Positions 1 through 8,950 of a stretch of DNA of 36,642 nucleotides are shown here, piece after piece (within the stretch, counting starts at the first letter, position 1; every line of letters starts with the position of its first letter). The translations under genes and the position numbers were made by a program. The stretch comes from a bacterium (GTDB taxonomy: Bacteria; UBA9089; CG2-30-40-21; SBAY01), in NCBI GenBank assembly GCA_040757115.1, contig JBFLYA010000008.1, positions 1 to 36,642 of the forward strand, given 5' to 3'. The notes under the pieces are model-generated. The model worked only from the letters and a program-made list of their open reading frames with translations. It was not told the DNA's origin and made no database searches.

Positions 1-127
1 GAAATTTCGTAACACAAATGCGTTGGGGGGTGGGTCAATTTTCATTGCCAAATTTGATGGATTATTGGAGCCCCCTGGGTCAATTTTCAATTGCCAAAAA
101 TGGCTCAGTTTTCAATTGCCATTGACA
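1..127. mobile_element. Terminus of an IS21-family insertion sequence (element body lies left of the window)
   Basis: Three related repeats GG(G/C)TCA(A/G)TTTTCA(A)TTGCC at 32-49, 77-95 and 102-120, ending in ..ATTGACA at 127. A TG...CA terminus with multiple subterminal transposase-binding repeats is typical of IS21 ends. Confidence 0.75.
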
Positions 128-129
128 TA

Positions 130-142
130 CCTGAACGGTTAC
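130..142. repeat. Isolated end of a family B element (CCTGAACGGTTAC)
   Basis: Exact reverse complement of GTAACCGTTCAGG, which starts the elements at 1760 and 33520. Confidence 0.7.
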
Positions 143-228
143 AAAACTTTTAGATTTCTCGCAAAGGCGCAAAGGACGCTAAGTGGATTTTTTCTCTGCG
201 ACTCTGCGTCTGGGCGGTGTCCATTTCC

Positions 229-426
229 GTAACTATTCAGCCCCAGATGGACACGGATGAAACACTGAAAATTCGTAAATCGTGTCCGGTATCCGTGTCC
301 GTAATCAGGCTGAAGGGTTTTTCTCCTGTTGTCCTCTGTCCTCTGCCCTCTGCCCTCTGCCTTCTGCCTTCTGCCCTCTGCTATTCATCCGTGCTAATCC
401 GTGTTAATCAGTGGCTGAATAGTTAC
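229..426 (+). mobile_element. Family A MITE copy 1 (198 bp), IS66-like ends, 8-bp target duplication
   Basis: Perfect 14-bp TIR GTAACTATTCAGCC/GGCTGAATAGTTAC, imperfect to about 30 bp. Flanked by CCATTTCC at 221-228 and 427-434. Interior has 7 units of (T/C)C(C/T)TCTG. Confidence 0.9.
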
Positions 427-525
427 CCATTTCCTTTGTATTTCATAGCATTCCATCTATGGGCTGTAATGGGCTTTAGCCCTGAACATAGAGTTTATTC
501 CATATCCCTCACCCATTTTTTCCAC

Positions 526-1590
526 TCACTCAATTACTCCACCGCCAAGTAACACCTCGTCTTTATAGAAGACTACTGATTGTCCTGGCGTCACTGCTCG
601 AACAGGTTGTTTAAACACGACCTCTACCTTATCATTATTTACTGGATGAATGATGGCTTTGGTTTCCGGATGCAGGTATCGGATTTTTGCCACTACCTCC
701 ATTTCAGATTCAAACCTTTCCATCGCCACCCAGTTTAACTCACCGGCTATTAGACTATTTCGATACAGGTCAGATTCATCACCTACGATGACTGCATTTC
801 TGTTTAAGTCTATGCTTATCACATAAAGGGGTCTGCCTGCGGCAATGCCAAGTCCTCTACGCTGACCAATGGTGAAAAATGCAATTCCCGAATGCCTGCC
901 TAAAATATTCCCATTTTTATCCAGTATTTCACCTGGTTTAAATGCATCTTTAATTCTTTGTTGAATAAAATTCCGATAATCTCCTTGTGGAATAAAACAT
1001 ATTTCCTGTGATTCAGGTTTATTTGCGACTTTGAGTCCCAGTCTTACCGCTATCTTTCGAACTTCTTGCTTTTGATAATCCCCTAACGGCATCATTGCCT
1101 GAGATAATTGCTCCTGGGAAAGTTTATACAGGAAATAGGACTGGTCTCTGGTTGTATCAATCCCTTTTTTGATTATATAGCGATTGTTTTGTTTTTCGAG
1201 CCTGGCATAATGACCCGTTGCCAGATAGTCTGCCCCCAATTCCTTAGCCTTAGCCAGCAGGATGTCAAACTTTATTCTGGAGTTGCAGATGATACATGGA
1301 TTGGGAGTTCGACCAGCCAGATATTCCTTTACAAAATAGCTAACTACCATTTGCTCAAATTCTGCCTTACAATCAATGATATGATGTCGGATGCCCAATC
1401 TCTTTGCCACATCTCTGGCATCTACAAAAGATTGTAATGAACAGCAGGTATCTAGCTTTTCAATTTGGCAACTTGATTTAAGTATCTCCATAGTTACACC
1501 AATAACATCATACCCCATCTCTTTAATCAAATAGGCGGTAACCGATGAATCTACACCACCACTCATAGCTACTACAACACATTTTGCCAT
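526..1590 (-). CDS. mnmA: tRNA 2-thiouridine(34) synthase MnmA
   Basis: AMSGGVDSSV PP-loop, GRTPNPCIICN, ATGHYAR, RDQSYFL, ESQEICF, TIGQRRGLGI, AVTPGQSVVFY. Confidence 0.97.
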   Translation of the reverse strand: MAKCVVVAMSGGVDSSVTAYLIKEMGYDVIGVTMEILKSSCQIEKLDTCCSLQSFVDARDVAKRLGIRHHIIDCKAEFEQMVVSYFVKEYLAGRTPNPCIICNSRIKFDILLAKAKELGADYLATGHYARLEKQNNRYIIKKGIDTTRDQSYFLYKLSQEQLSQAMMPLGDYQKQEVRKIAVRLGLKVANKPESQEICFIPQGDYRNFIQQRIKDAFKPGEILDKNGNILGRHSGIAFFTIGQRRGLGIAAGRPLYVISIDLNRNAVIVGDESDLYRNSLIAGELNWVAMERFESEMEVVAKIRYLHPETKAIIHPVNNDKVEVVFKQPVRAVTPGQSVVFYKDEVLLGGGVIE

Positions 1591-1674
1591 TCTTAGACCT
1601 CATTTCCTTAAAAATGAACCACGAATTTTGGCTAAAACCAACTCCGACTTTCATTGTTTTTCTTTACTTGCACT

Positions 1675-1703
1675 ATTCTAACAAATTTGAATAATTCTGT
1701 CAA
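1675..1703 (-). promoter_or_regulatory. Sigma70-type promoter for mnmA
   Basis: Minus strand TTGACA-17 bp-TAGAAT with TGn extension. Confidence 0.7.
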
Positions 1704-1726
1704 CAATTAAAACCATAGTAAATTTG

Positions 1727-1755
1727 TTGACAGGTTTGCTTCTTTGTGCTATAAT
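1727..1755 (+). promoter_or_regulatory. Consensus sigma70 promoter for the aminotransferase gene
   Basis: TTGACA (1727-1732), 17 bp, TATAAT (1750-1755), with TGn extension. Confidence 0.8.
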
Positions 1756-1759
1756 CTTT

Positions 1760-1994
1760 GTAACCGTTCAGGTAATCCTTTACCGCAGAGACGCAGAGAA
1801 ACAGAGAGGAAAATATCTTTTTTTTCGTGTTTTTCGGTGTTTAAAAAGGCTTAAAAACAGTTAGTCGAAAGTCCGTATTAAAAGATTAATAAACAACGAA
1901 AGTCCCGAAATGCACAAAAAAGGAAATTTCTGCCTCTGGTGAATAGATTTTAATTTTTTCTCTGCGTCTCTGTGTCTCTGCGGTGAACGGTTAC
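1760..1994 (+). mobile_element. Family B MITE (235 bp), IS66-like ends, 8-bp target duplication
   Basis: TIR GTAACCGTTCA/TGAACGGTTAC. Inner IR ACCGCAGAGAC(G/A)CAGAGA/TCTCTGTGTCTCTGCGGT. TAATCTTT duplicated at 1752-1759 and 1995-2002. Confidence 0.9.
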
Positions 1995-2018
1995 TAATCT
2001 TTTACGCGGAGGTAAAAA

Positions 2019-3122
2019 ATGATTTCTACCAGGATGAATAAAATTGATTCTTCTGGTATTCGGAAGGTATTCAATTTAGCCAGTCAACTACAAAATCCTA
2101 TTAATCTTAGTATTGGCCAGCCAGATTTTGATGTGCCCGCAGAAATTAAACAGGAGGCAATTAACGCTATCAATGCTGGATTTAATAGATATACTCAAAC
2201 AGAAGGTATTTTAGAATTAAGAGAAAGGGTTGCCCAAAAACTACGAGATAAAAATAATATTAATGTCAATCCAAAGGATATTTTAATTACAAGTGGTGTT
2301 TCTGGCGGGTTATTTTTAGCCTTTTATGTTTTGCTCGATAAAGATGATGAGGCGATTATTTTTGACCCATATTTTGTTATGTATAAACATCTGATAAATT
2401 TTATCGACTCAAGACCAATATATATTAATACATATCCTGATTTTAGTTTGAATATTGACCGGGTAAAAGAGGCAATTACTGCAAAGACAAAGGTGATTGT
2501 GATTAACTCTCCGGGAAACCCCACGGGTAAAACATATTCCAAACTTGAGATAGAGGGAATTGCAAAAGTAGCTAAAGAGAATGATTTAGTGGTAATATCA
2601 GATGAAGTTTATGAAGAATTTATGTATGAAGGAGAACATTTTAGTATTGGGAGTATTTATGACAGGACAATTACCTTAAATGGTTTTTCTAAGGCTTATG
2701 CAATGACGGGTTGGCGAATGGGCTATGCCGCAGGACCAGGTGAAATCATTCAGCAAATGACTAAATTACAGCAATATAGTTTTGTCTGTGCCCCTTCTTT
2801 TGCTCAAATTGCCGCAATTAAGGCACTTGATTGTGATATAAGTAAATATATTGAAGAATACCGAAGGAAGAGAGATTTGGTTTATGAGGGGTTAAAAGAT
2901 TATTTTAAGGTTGAAAAGCCTGGTGGGGGATTTTATATATTCCCACAGGTTGAGGGAATAACAGCAACGGCATTTGTTGAAAAGGCAATCGCTAAAAATC
3001 TATTAATCATTCCAGGCAATATCTTTTCAGAACAGGATACTAACTTCCGATTATCCTTTGCTACAAAAGACGAGATAATTCAAAAAGGGATTGAGATACT
3101 AATTAGAGTAGCAGAAAACTAA
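2019..3122 (+). CDS. PLP-dependent aminotransferase class I/II (aspartate aminotransferase-like)
   Basis: INLSIGQPDF, INSPGNPTG, ISDEVY, NGFSKAYAMTGWRMGY (PLP lysine). GGAGG RBS upstream. Confidence 0.93.
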   Translation: MISTRMNKIDSSGIRKVFNLASQLQNPINLSIGQPDFDVPAEIKQEAINAINAGFNRYTQTEGILELRERVAQKLRDKNNINVNPKDILITSGVSGGLFLAFYVLLDKDDEAIIFDPYFVMYKHLINFIDSRPIYINTYPDFSLNIDRVKEAITAKTKVIVINSPGNPTGKTYSKLEIEGIAKVAKENDLVVISDEVYEEFMYEGEHFSIGSIYDRTITLNGFSKAYAMTGWRMGYAAGPGEIIQQMTKLQQYSFVCAPSFAQIAAIKALDCDISKYIEEYRRKRDLVYEGLKDYFKVEKPGGGFYIFPQVEGITATAFVEKAIAKNLLIIPGNIFSEQDTNFRLSFATKDEIIQKGIEILIRVAEN

Positions 3123-3155
3123 ACAACAGTCAATATTCAGGAGATACAGTTATTA

Positions 3156-4142
3156 TCAGTAAATCTTCATTGCCTGGCGGACCTCGAGCATGACTTTAGA
3201 AGTTATTTCTCTTGCCTTTTTCTTACCTTCATCTAATATATTTATAATTTCAAGTGGGGCTATCTCGAATTTTTTGCGTGCCTCATGGATAGGTTTTAAG
3301 CAAGAAATTAATATCTGGGCTAATTCCTCCTTACATTTCACACAACCTCTTTCTGCCTCCTGGCATTCCTGTTTTATCACCTCGACACCCTTTTTATTAA
3401 AAGCCTGATGAAAGGCAAAAACCACACATATCTCTGGATGACCTGAGTCCGTTGGATGAATCCTTGCCGGGTCGGTAATCATATTCTTTACCTTCTTCAC
3501 TATCAGGTCATCTGAGTCTGACAGGTAGATACAATTCCCAAAGCTTTTACTCATCTTGCGTCCATCTACACCGGGAAGTTTAGGTGTTTGAGTTAATTTT
3601 GACGCAGGTTCAGGAAATACCTCACTATATAAATAATTAAATCTTCGACAAATCTCGCGGGTTAATTCAAGATGAGGGAGTTGGTCTTCACCAACCGGAA
3701 CAATATTGGCTTTATAAATCAGAATATCCGCCGCCTGAAGCACTGGATAGCCTAAAAACCCATAGGTGTGTAGGTCTAACTGGGCTAATTCTTTCAGCTG
3801 GTCTTTGTAAGTAGGACACCGTTCTAACCAGGGGAGTGGCGTAATCGTTGACAGAAGGATATGTAACTCCGCATGCTCCGGGATTTGCGACTGGCGAAAA
3901 ATCACACATTTCTGCCAGTCTATCCCACAACTCAACCAGTCTATAAGCATCTGCTGGATATTTTCCTGGAATTCACCAGTATCCGCATAAGCCGTTGTCA
4001 AGGCATGCCAATCAGCAATCATATAAAAACATTCATATTCATCCTGAAATTCCTTCCAGTTATTCAAGGCACCTAACAAATGCCCTAGATGTAACCTGCC
4101 AGTTGGCCGCATCCCACTTAATACCCGTAACTTATCCATCAT
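3156..4142 (-). CDS. trpS: Tryptophan--tRNA ligase
   Basis: SGMRPTGRLHLGH (HIGH-type), GYPVLQAADIL, VPVGEDQLPHLELTREI, KMSKS. The second ATG (4139) may be the true start given the AGGAGG spacing. Confidence 0.97.
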   Translation of the reverse strand: MMDKLRVLSGMRPTGRLHLGHLLGALNNWKEFQDEYECFYMIADWHALTTAYADTGEFQENIQQMLIDWLSCGIDWQKCVIFRQSQIPEHAELHILLSTITPLPWLERCPTYKDQLKELAQLDLHTYGFLGYPVLQAADILIYKANIVPVGEDQLPHLELTREICRRFNYLYSEVFPEPASKLTQTPKLPGVDGRKMSKSFGNCIYLSDSDDLIVKKVKNMITDPARIHPTDSGHPEICVVFAFHQAFNKKGVEVIKQECQEAERGCVKCKEELAQILISCLKPIHEARKKFEIAPLEIINILDEGKKKAREITSKVMLEVRQAMKIY

Positions 4143-4155
4143 ACCTCCTATTTTT

Positions 4156-4325
4156 CCACCTGTGCGATTAGACTAATTCATCGCAGAGACGCAAAGGAAA
4201 AATAAATGTAAAATGTAAAATAGGAAATGAAAAATGGGAAATTTTAGTACTTCGCAAGACTCATTACCTTTCAGTTATACATTTTCATTTTACATTATCC
4301 ATTTTACATTTAACCGCACAGGTGG
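4156..4325. mobile_element. Family C palindromic element (about 170 bp)
   Basis: TIR CCACCTGTGCG(A/G)TTA/TAACCGCACAGGTGG. Interior has AATGTAA-type 7-mers followed by their complements (TTACATT). Confidence 0.7.
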
Positions 4326-4384
4326 AAATATTTTCCTCTCTGTTTCTCTGCGTCTCTGCGGTAAAGAACTGCCTGAACAGTTAC
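4326..4384 (-). mobile_element. Partial family B element (one end only), abutting the family C element
   Basis: Minus strand reads GTAACTGTTCAGGCAGTTCTTTACCGCAGAGACGCAGAGAAACAGAGAGGAAAATAT, nearly identical to 1760-1816. Confidence 0.85.
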
Positions 4385-4391
4385 CACAAAA

Positions 4392-5045
4392 TTAAAGTGA
4401 CATCTGATGTCCTGTAAATAAAAAGTTAAGAAATTGCACACAAGGACCAATTATTTTCCAGAGAATAGGGAATCCTATCATTTGCCCGATTAAAATTATT
4501 CCGACAAGGATAAAAGGACCATAAGGGGCAAATCGACTAAATTCATAGGATTGTTGAACAGGTAAAAGTCCTGATAAAATCTGATAGCCATCTAAAGGGA
4601 AAATAGGGATAGCATTAAAAACGGCTAAAATGAGATTGAAGAAAACTAAGATTTGTAAGACTTCAAGAATAAGAAAAAGTTGTTCTTGAGAAACTAATGG
4701 TAAGCCCCAAAATATCAGTCCACGGAAAAGCATGCCAAAAACAAAGGCACTAATTAAATTCGATAGAGGTCCTGCTAAAGCCACCCAGAACATATCTTTT
4801 CCTGGATTTTGAAAATTATTTGGATTGACTGGTACTGGTTTTGCCCAACCAATATGGACAAGAAAAAACATCAAAGTCCCAACTAAATCAAGATGTGCCA
4901 GAGGATTAAGCGTCAGCCTGCCAGAAAGTCTGGGAGTCGAATCCCCAAGTTTATCCGCAATAAACCCATGGCTAAATTCATGAATGGTAATTGCAAAAAG
5001 GATAGGTGGTGCGATTAAAAGTATCTCTAAAATATTCTGATTCAT
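4392..5045 (-). CDS. Site-2 protease family (M50) membrane zinc metalloprotease
   Basis: HEFSH zinc motif, GRLTLNPLAHLD, GWAKPVPVNP, ALAGPLSN, FNAIPIFPLDG. Confidence 0.93.
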   Translation of the reverse strand: MNQNILEILLIAPPILFAITIHEFSHGFIADKLGDSTPRLSGRLTLNPLAHLDLVGTLMFFLVHIGWAKPVPVNPNNFQNPGKDMFWVALAGPLSNLISAFVFGMLFRGLIFWGLPLVSQEQLFLILEVLQILVFFNLILAVFNAIPIFPLDGYQILSGLLPVQQSYEFSRFAPYGPFILVGIILIGQMIGFPILWKIIGPCVQFLNFLFTGHQMSL

Positions 5046-5086
5046 TTATCATCTCCACAAGTAAATTCCAATGTCCACTGATTTTT

Positions 5087-5115
5087 AGTATATCATACTT
5101 CTCCTCACAAGTCAA
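5087..5115 (-). promoter_or_regulatory. Sigma70-type promoter for the site-2 protease (probably also trpS)
   Basis: Minus strand TTGACT-17 bp-TATACT with TGn extension. Confidence 0.65.
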
Positions 5116-5145
5116 TTAAATTTTACCACTTAAGATATTTTTTGC

Positions 5146-5174
5146 TTGCAATCTCTATTTTTTTATGGTATAAT
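5146..5174 (+). promoter_or_regulatory. Sigma70-type promoter for the small Cys-rich gene / glycosyltransferase / bamA unit
   Basis: TTGCAA-17 bp-TATAAT with TGn extension. ATG lies 7 nt downstream. Confidence 0.65.
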
Positions 5175-5181
5175 TCAAATA

Positions 5182-5382
5182 ATGTTAAACTGTTGTTATA
5201 AATGTCATAAATCTAATGATTGTGTTCGCAAGTGGATTCTGGCACAAAAAAATTTAGCTCAGACTTGTTGTGTCGAGTGTCAAGAATTCACAAATTGCCT
5301 CCAGACAAACCGTCTTTCCAGATGGAAGATTATCCATGGAGAAAATTCTGTAAGCGACGAGGTGGGAGAAGAAAAAACTTGA
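5182..5382 (+). CDS. Small Cys-rich hypothetical protein (66 aa, two CCxxCx5C motifs)
   Basis: ATG 5182 just after the -10 box. Motifs CCYKCHKSNDC and CCVECQEFTNC. Stop TGA overlaps the TTG start of the next gene (TTGA). Confidence 0.65.
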   Translation: MLNCCYKCHKSNDCVRKWILAQKNLAQTCCVECQEFTNCLQTNRLSRWKIIHGENSVSDEVGEEKT

Positions 5383-6497
5383 AGAAAATAGTTATTTTAA
5401 CCGTCTTAGCCGGTATGGGACATATCCGCGCCGCAGAGGCTATTGCTAAAGGAATTAAAGAATTATATAATGATGTCGAGGTCCAAACAATTGACCCAAT
5501 GAGTACTACCGGTCCAAAACTACAACAATTTTTCAATCATGGTTATTTATTTCTGGCTAATTATACCCCGCCTTTCTGGGGTTGGATTTATAATAGTCAA
5601 ATTTTATCCTCTGCTTATAGCCCGATTAGATGGTATCTAAAACGAATCTATGCTCGAAGTAGTCAACTTGTAATTGACCAATTTAACCCGGACATTCTTG
5701 TTTCGACACATCCATTTATTGCCAATGGTGTGGGAGAACTCAAAAAGCAACGATTGATTAATTTACCTCTCATCTCAGTTGTGACCGACTACCATGTCTA
5801 TCCAATGGGAATAAACAAGTATGTAGATTTATTTATATTACCATCTTCAGAAGTAGCAATTCATTTAAAAAATAAAGGGATTCCCGATGAAAAAATCAGG
5901 ATTAGTGGCGGACTCCCAACTGACCCAAAGTTTTTTAAACCCCAGGATAAAAATGCCCTGTACCAAAAATTCAACTTACAAAAAGACCTGAAGGTAGTGC
6001 TTATCCTCTGCGGTGGATATGGTATGGGAAAAGTAGCAAAACTATTACAGGGTTTTATGGGGATGGATTTCCCATTGCAATTATTAGTCGTTGCGGGTAA
6101 AAATGAGGAGTTAAAGGCAAAATTAACCCAAATTGCTAATCAACTTAAAATAAAAACCAAAATCTTTGGTTTTGTAGAAAATATGGAGGAATTGATGTCC
6201 GCCTCAGACCTGGTCGTAACGAAACCAGGTGGAACTTCTATTTCAGAGACATTGACCAAAGGAATACCGATTATCCTGACCGAGGCTGTCCCAGGACAGG
6301 AAACATGGAATGTGAATATATTACTAAAAGCAGGTGTGGTTATCCAACCTGAGAACCAGGCAGAAATTCCAGGACTAATTATTAAACTAATTACTGAAAA
6401 AGAAACCCTACGAGAAATGCAACACAAAATTAATGAAAAATTTGCTAACATAAAAGCAGTTTATAATATCGCTAAAATTATACGAGGTGATGAATAA
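5379..6497 (+). CDS. MGDG synthase / UgtP-like glycosyltransferase (GT28)
   Basis: GMGHIRAAEAI, PDILVSTHPF, VVTDYHV, GGYGMG, AGKNEELK, SDLVVTKPGG, VPGQETWN. Start reassigned to TTG 5379 (GAGGTGGGAG upstream). Confidence 0.85.
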   Translation: MKKIVILTVLAGMGHIRAAEAIAKGIKELYNDVEVQTIDPMSTTGPKLQQFFNHGYLFLANYTPPFWGWIYNSQILSSAYSPIRWYLKRIYARSSQLVIDQFNPDILVSTHPFIANGVGELKKQRLINLPLISVVTDYHVYPMGINKYVDLFILPSSEVAIHLKNKGIPDEKIRISGGLPTDPKFFKPQDKNALYQKFNLQKDLKVVLILCGGYGMGKVAKLLQGFMGMDFPLQLLVVAGKNEELKAKLTQIANQLKIKTKIFGFVENMEELMSASDLVVTKPGGTSISETLTKGIPIILTEAVPGQETWNVNILLKAGVVIQPENQAEIPGLIIKLITEKETLREMQHKINEKFANIKAVYNIAKIIRGDE

Positions 6498-8723
6498 ATG
6501 CGAAAAGTAACCTTTTTATTACCCATTATTTTTATGACGCAAGTTTTATTTGCCCAGGAAAATAATATTACAAACATCCAGATAGAAGGGAACAAAACAG
6601 TGGCAACTTCAACCATTCTTGGTCTCATTAAAACACAAATCGGCGACAAATATAATCCGACAAAGGTTGATAATGACCTGAAAAATATTTATAATTCAGG
6701 CTATTTCTCTGATATTAAAATAGAACTAAAAAAAGAAACCGAAGGACTATCAATAGTCTTCATCGTTAAAGAAAAATCCCTTGTTTCAAAGATTAAGTTT
6801 GATGGGATTAAAGAGTTAAAAGAAGAAGACTTAAAAAAAGAGATTACCGTAAAAACAGGTGCACCACTTAGCCTGAAAGACATAAAAGAATCCATTACAA
6901 AACTTACTGATTTCGCCAGAGATAAAGGTTATTATTTAGTCAAAATAGATTACAGGATAGATGATGATGAACGAATAGTTACTTTTTTGATTGAGGAAGG
7001 TAAGGAAGTCAAGATTAAAGAGATTAATCTTTTGGGCAACGAGGCATTTTCTACCTTTAAACTTAAATGGAAAATGACCACCTCCACCGGTGATTTTTAT
7101 AAGGAAAAGGAATTAAATGAGGATATAGAAAAACTACTCATATTTTATAAAACTAATGGCTACCCAATGATTAGTATTCAAAAACCAGAGGTATCTTATG
7201 TTAAAGAAAAAGGTGGAATTGTGATTAACATCAATATTTCAGAAGGCGACCTTTTCAAAATCGAAAAAATAAGTTTTAGTGGCAATACAATCTTCACGGA
7301 TAATGAGCTTAAAGAGTTAGTGAAGACAAAAATAGGCGATATTTATAATCTTCGCTCAATTGTCGTCGATGGGAATAATATTAAAGAGGCATATTTTGCT
7401 AAAGGCTATGTTACGACTTTAGTCATCCCTGAGCCAGAGTTTGATAATAAAACCGCTCTGGTAAATATCACTTATAAAATCAAAGAAGGGGGTATAAGTT
7501 ATATTGAAAGAATTACCCTTTCAGGCAACACCCACACTAAAAATAAAGTCATTTTACGAGAGCTTTTACTCAAAGAAGGTGAGATGTTCGATGGGAAAAA
7601 ACTCAAACAAAGCCGACAGGCATTAATTAACTTAGGCTATTTTGAATTCGTAAAATTTGACATCCTGCCAGGTTCTCAAGAAGATAAAAAAATATTAGAT
7701 ATCGAAGTTAAAGAGGGCAAAACAGGGAACCTTATGTTTTCTACCTCTTATGGTAATAAACCGGGCTTATTTGGAACAATAGAATTCACTAAAAATAACC
7801 TCTGGGGCAAAGGTTATTCTACTTCTATTAAATCAGAATTTGGGAAAAAATTGTTAAATTATGAAATTGGATTTACTGACCCGTGGTTTCGTGATAAGCC
7901 AACTTCTGTTGGGTTTGACATCTGGCACACAACAGAAAAAGAAGATGAATATACCAATAAAAAACGGGGCGGGGCAATCAGAATAGGTAAACCGCTTGGA
8001 ACCCATAATCGTATTGATTTTAAATATAAATATGACAGGACATGTATGTTAAGTGTCAAATCCGATGCCCCGAAGAGTATCAAAGACTGGGTAGAAAAAT
8101 GGGGAGAGGGGAAATATGTGCTCTCAAGTAGCCTGGAGATTAGTTTTAAGAGAAATACAAAAAGGGGCGAAGAGATACTTTTTCATCCCACCGCAGGCTA
8201 TAAAATTGAACTATCCAACGAAGTTGCTGGTGGATTTCTTGGCGGAGATATAGATTTTTATAAACCGACTTTTGAAGGAAGTTGGTTTATCCCCAGTTGG
8301 AAGGAGTTTATCTTAGCCTTACATACTAAATTAGGTCTGGTTACTAATCTGGCTGAACACAAAGAAATACCTGATTACGAAAAATTCCGTATTGGTGGTC
8401 CTTACAGCGTTAGAGGATACCGTGACCGCTCTATTTATCCTTCATCAGGCAGTGGCAAATCTATGCTTGTGGGCAATGTTGAATATCGCCATCCCATTGG
8501 TAAGGAAATATTTGGTTGTTTATTTGTTGATGTCGGGAATGTGTGGGAAGATGCCTCTGACATTACCTCATTTAAGGATTTAAAATATGGAGCAGGACTT
8601 GGGATAAGATTTAAAAGCCCAGTTGGTCCTATCCGTTTAGATTATGCCTGGGGACTATCAGACGCACCAGGACATTTTAAAGGTGACCCGGAGGCACACA
8701 TCAGTTTTGGCTCGTATTTTTAG
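6498..8723 (+). CDS. bamA: Outer membrane protein assembly factor BamA
   Basis: Signal peptide, repeated POTRA units (I.GN...), GNTHTKNKVILREL, SVRGY motif, GLGIRFKSPVGPIRLDYA, C-terminal Phe. Confidence 0.95.
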   Translation: MRKVTFLLPIIFMTQVLFAQENNITNIQIEGNKTVATSTILGLIKTQIGDKYNPTKVDNDLKNIYNSGYFSDIKIELKKETEGLSIVFIVKEKSLVSKIKFDGIKELKEEDLKKEITVKTGAPLSLKDIKESITKLTDFARDKGYYLVKIDYRIDDDERIVTFLIEEGKEVKIKEINLLGNEAFSTFKLKWKMTTSTGDFYKEKELNEDIEKLLIFYKTNGYPMISIQKPEVSYVKEKGGIVININISEGDLFKIEKISFSGNTIFTDNELKELVKTKIGDIYNLRSIVVDGNNIKEAYFAKGYVTTLVIPEPEFDNKTALVNITYKIKEGGISYIERITLSGNTHTKNKVILRELLLKEGEMFDGKKLKQSRQALINLGYFEFVKFDILPGSQEDKKILDIEVKEGKTGNLMFSTSYGNKPGLFGTIEFTKNNLWGKGYSTSIKSEFGKKLLNYEIGFTDPWFRDKPTSVGFDIWHTTEKEDEYTNKKRGGAIRIGKPLGTHNRIDFKYKYDRTCMLSVKSDAPKSIKDWVEKWGEGKYVLSSSLEISFKRNTKRGEEILFHPTAGYKIELSNEVAGGFLGGDIDFYKPTFEGSWFIPSWKEFILALHTKLGLVTNLAEHKEIPDYEKFRIGGPYSVRGYRDRSIYPSSGSGKSMLVGNVEYRHPIGKEIFGCLFVDVGNVWEDASDITSFKDLKYGAGLGIRFKSPVGPIRLDYAWGLSDAPGHFKGDPEAHISFGSYF

Positions 8724-8735
8724 CAGATGAACTTG

Positions 8736-8761
8736 CGAAAATTTTCGACCTGTGCGAGTAG
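8736..8761 (+). repeat. Isolated family C end just after bamA
   Basis: CGAAAATTTTCGACCTGTGCGAGTAG resembles CGAAAAATATCGACCTGTGCAGGTAG (11465-11490) and TTTCCACCTGTGCGATTAG (4153-4171). Confidence 0.6.
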
Positions 8762-8950
8762 AAAATATAACGATATAAAGGAGTAATGATAAAGATTTTA
8801 AAGATTACAATATGGTATTTATAAGTATATGTTTCAAAACTCTATATCACCTGGCTATTAGGGTGACTATTAAAAAATCTTAATTTGTGCCGTTGTTGAG
8901 TATAAAAGCAATTTCCTATCAGTTTAAGTGATGAATGATGAGGTGAAGAT

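Noticed and set aside
217-552. 111-aa ORF (and the similar 95-aa ORF at 33481-33768)
   Set aside because: Both are translations of family A MITE DNA (LCPLPSALC from heptamers). Their similarity reflects the repeat, not a protein family.
4143-4391. T-box riboswitch or attenuator upstream of trpS
   Set aside because: No T-box consensus is visible. The region is fully explained by family C and B elements.
5220-5378. N-terminal extension of the glycosyltransferase in the ORF track
   Set aside because: It overlaps the Cys-rich ORF. Family similarity starts at KKIVILT, and TTG 5379 has an SD and a coupled stop.
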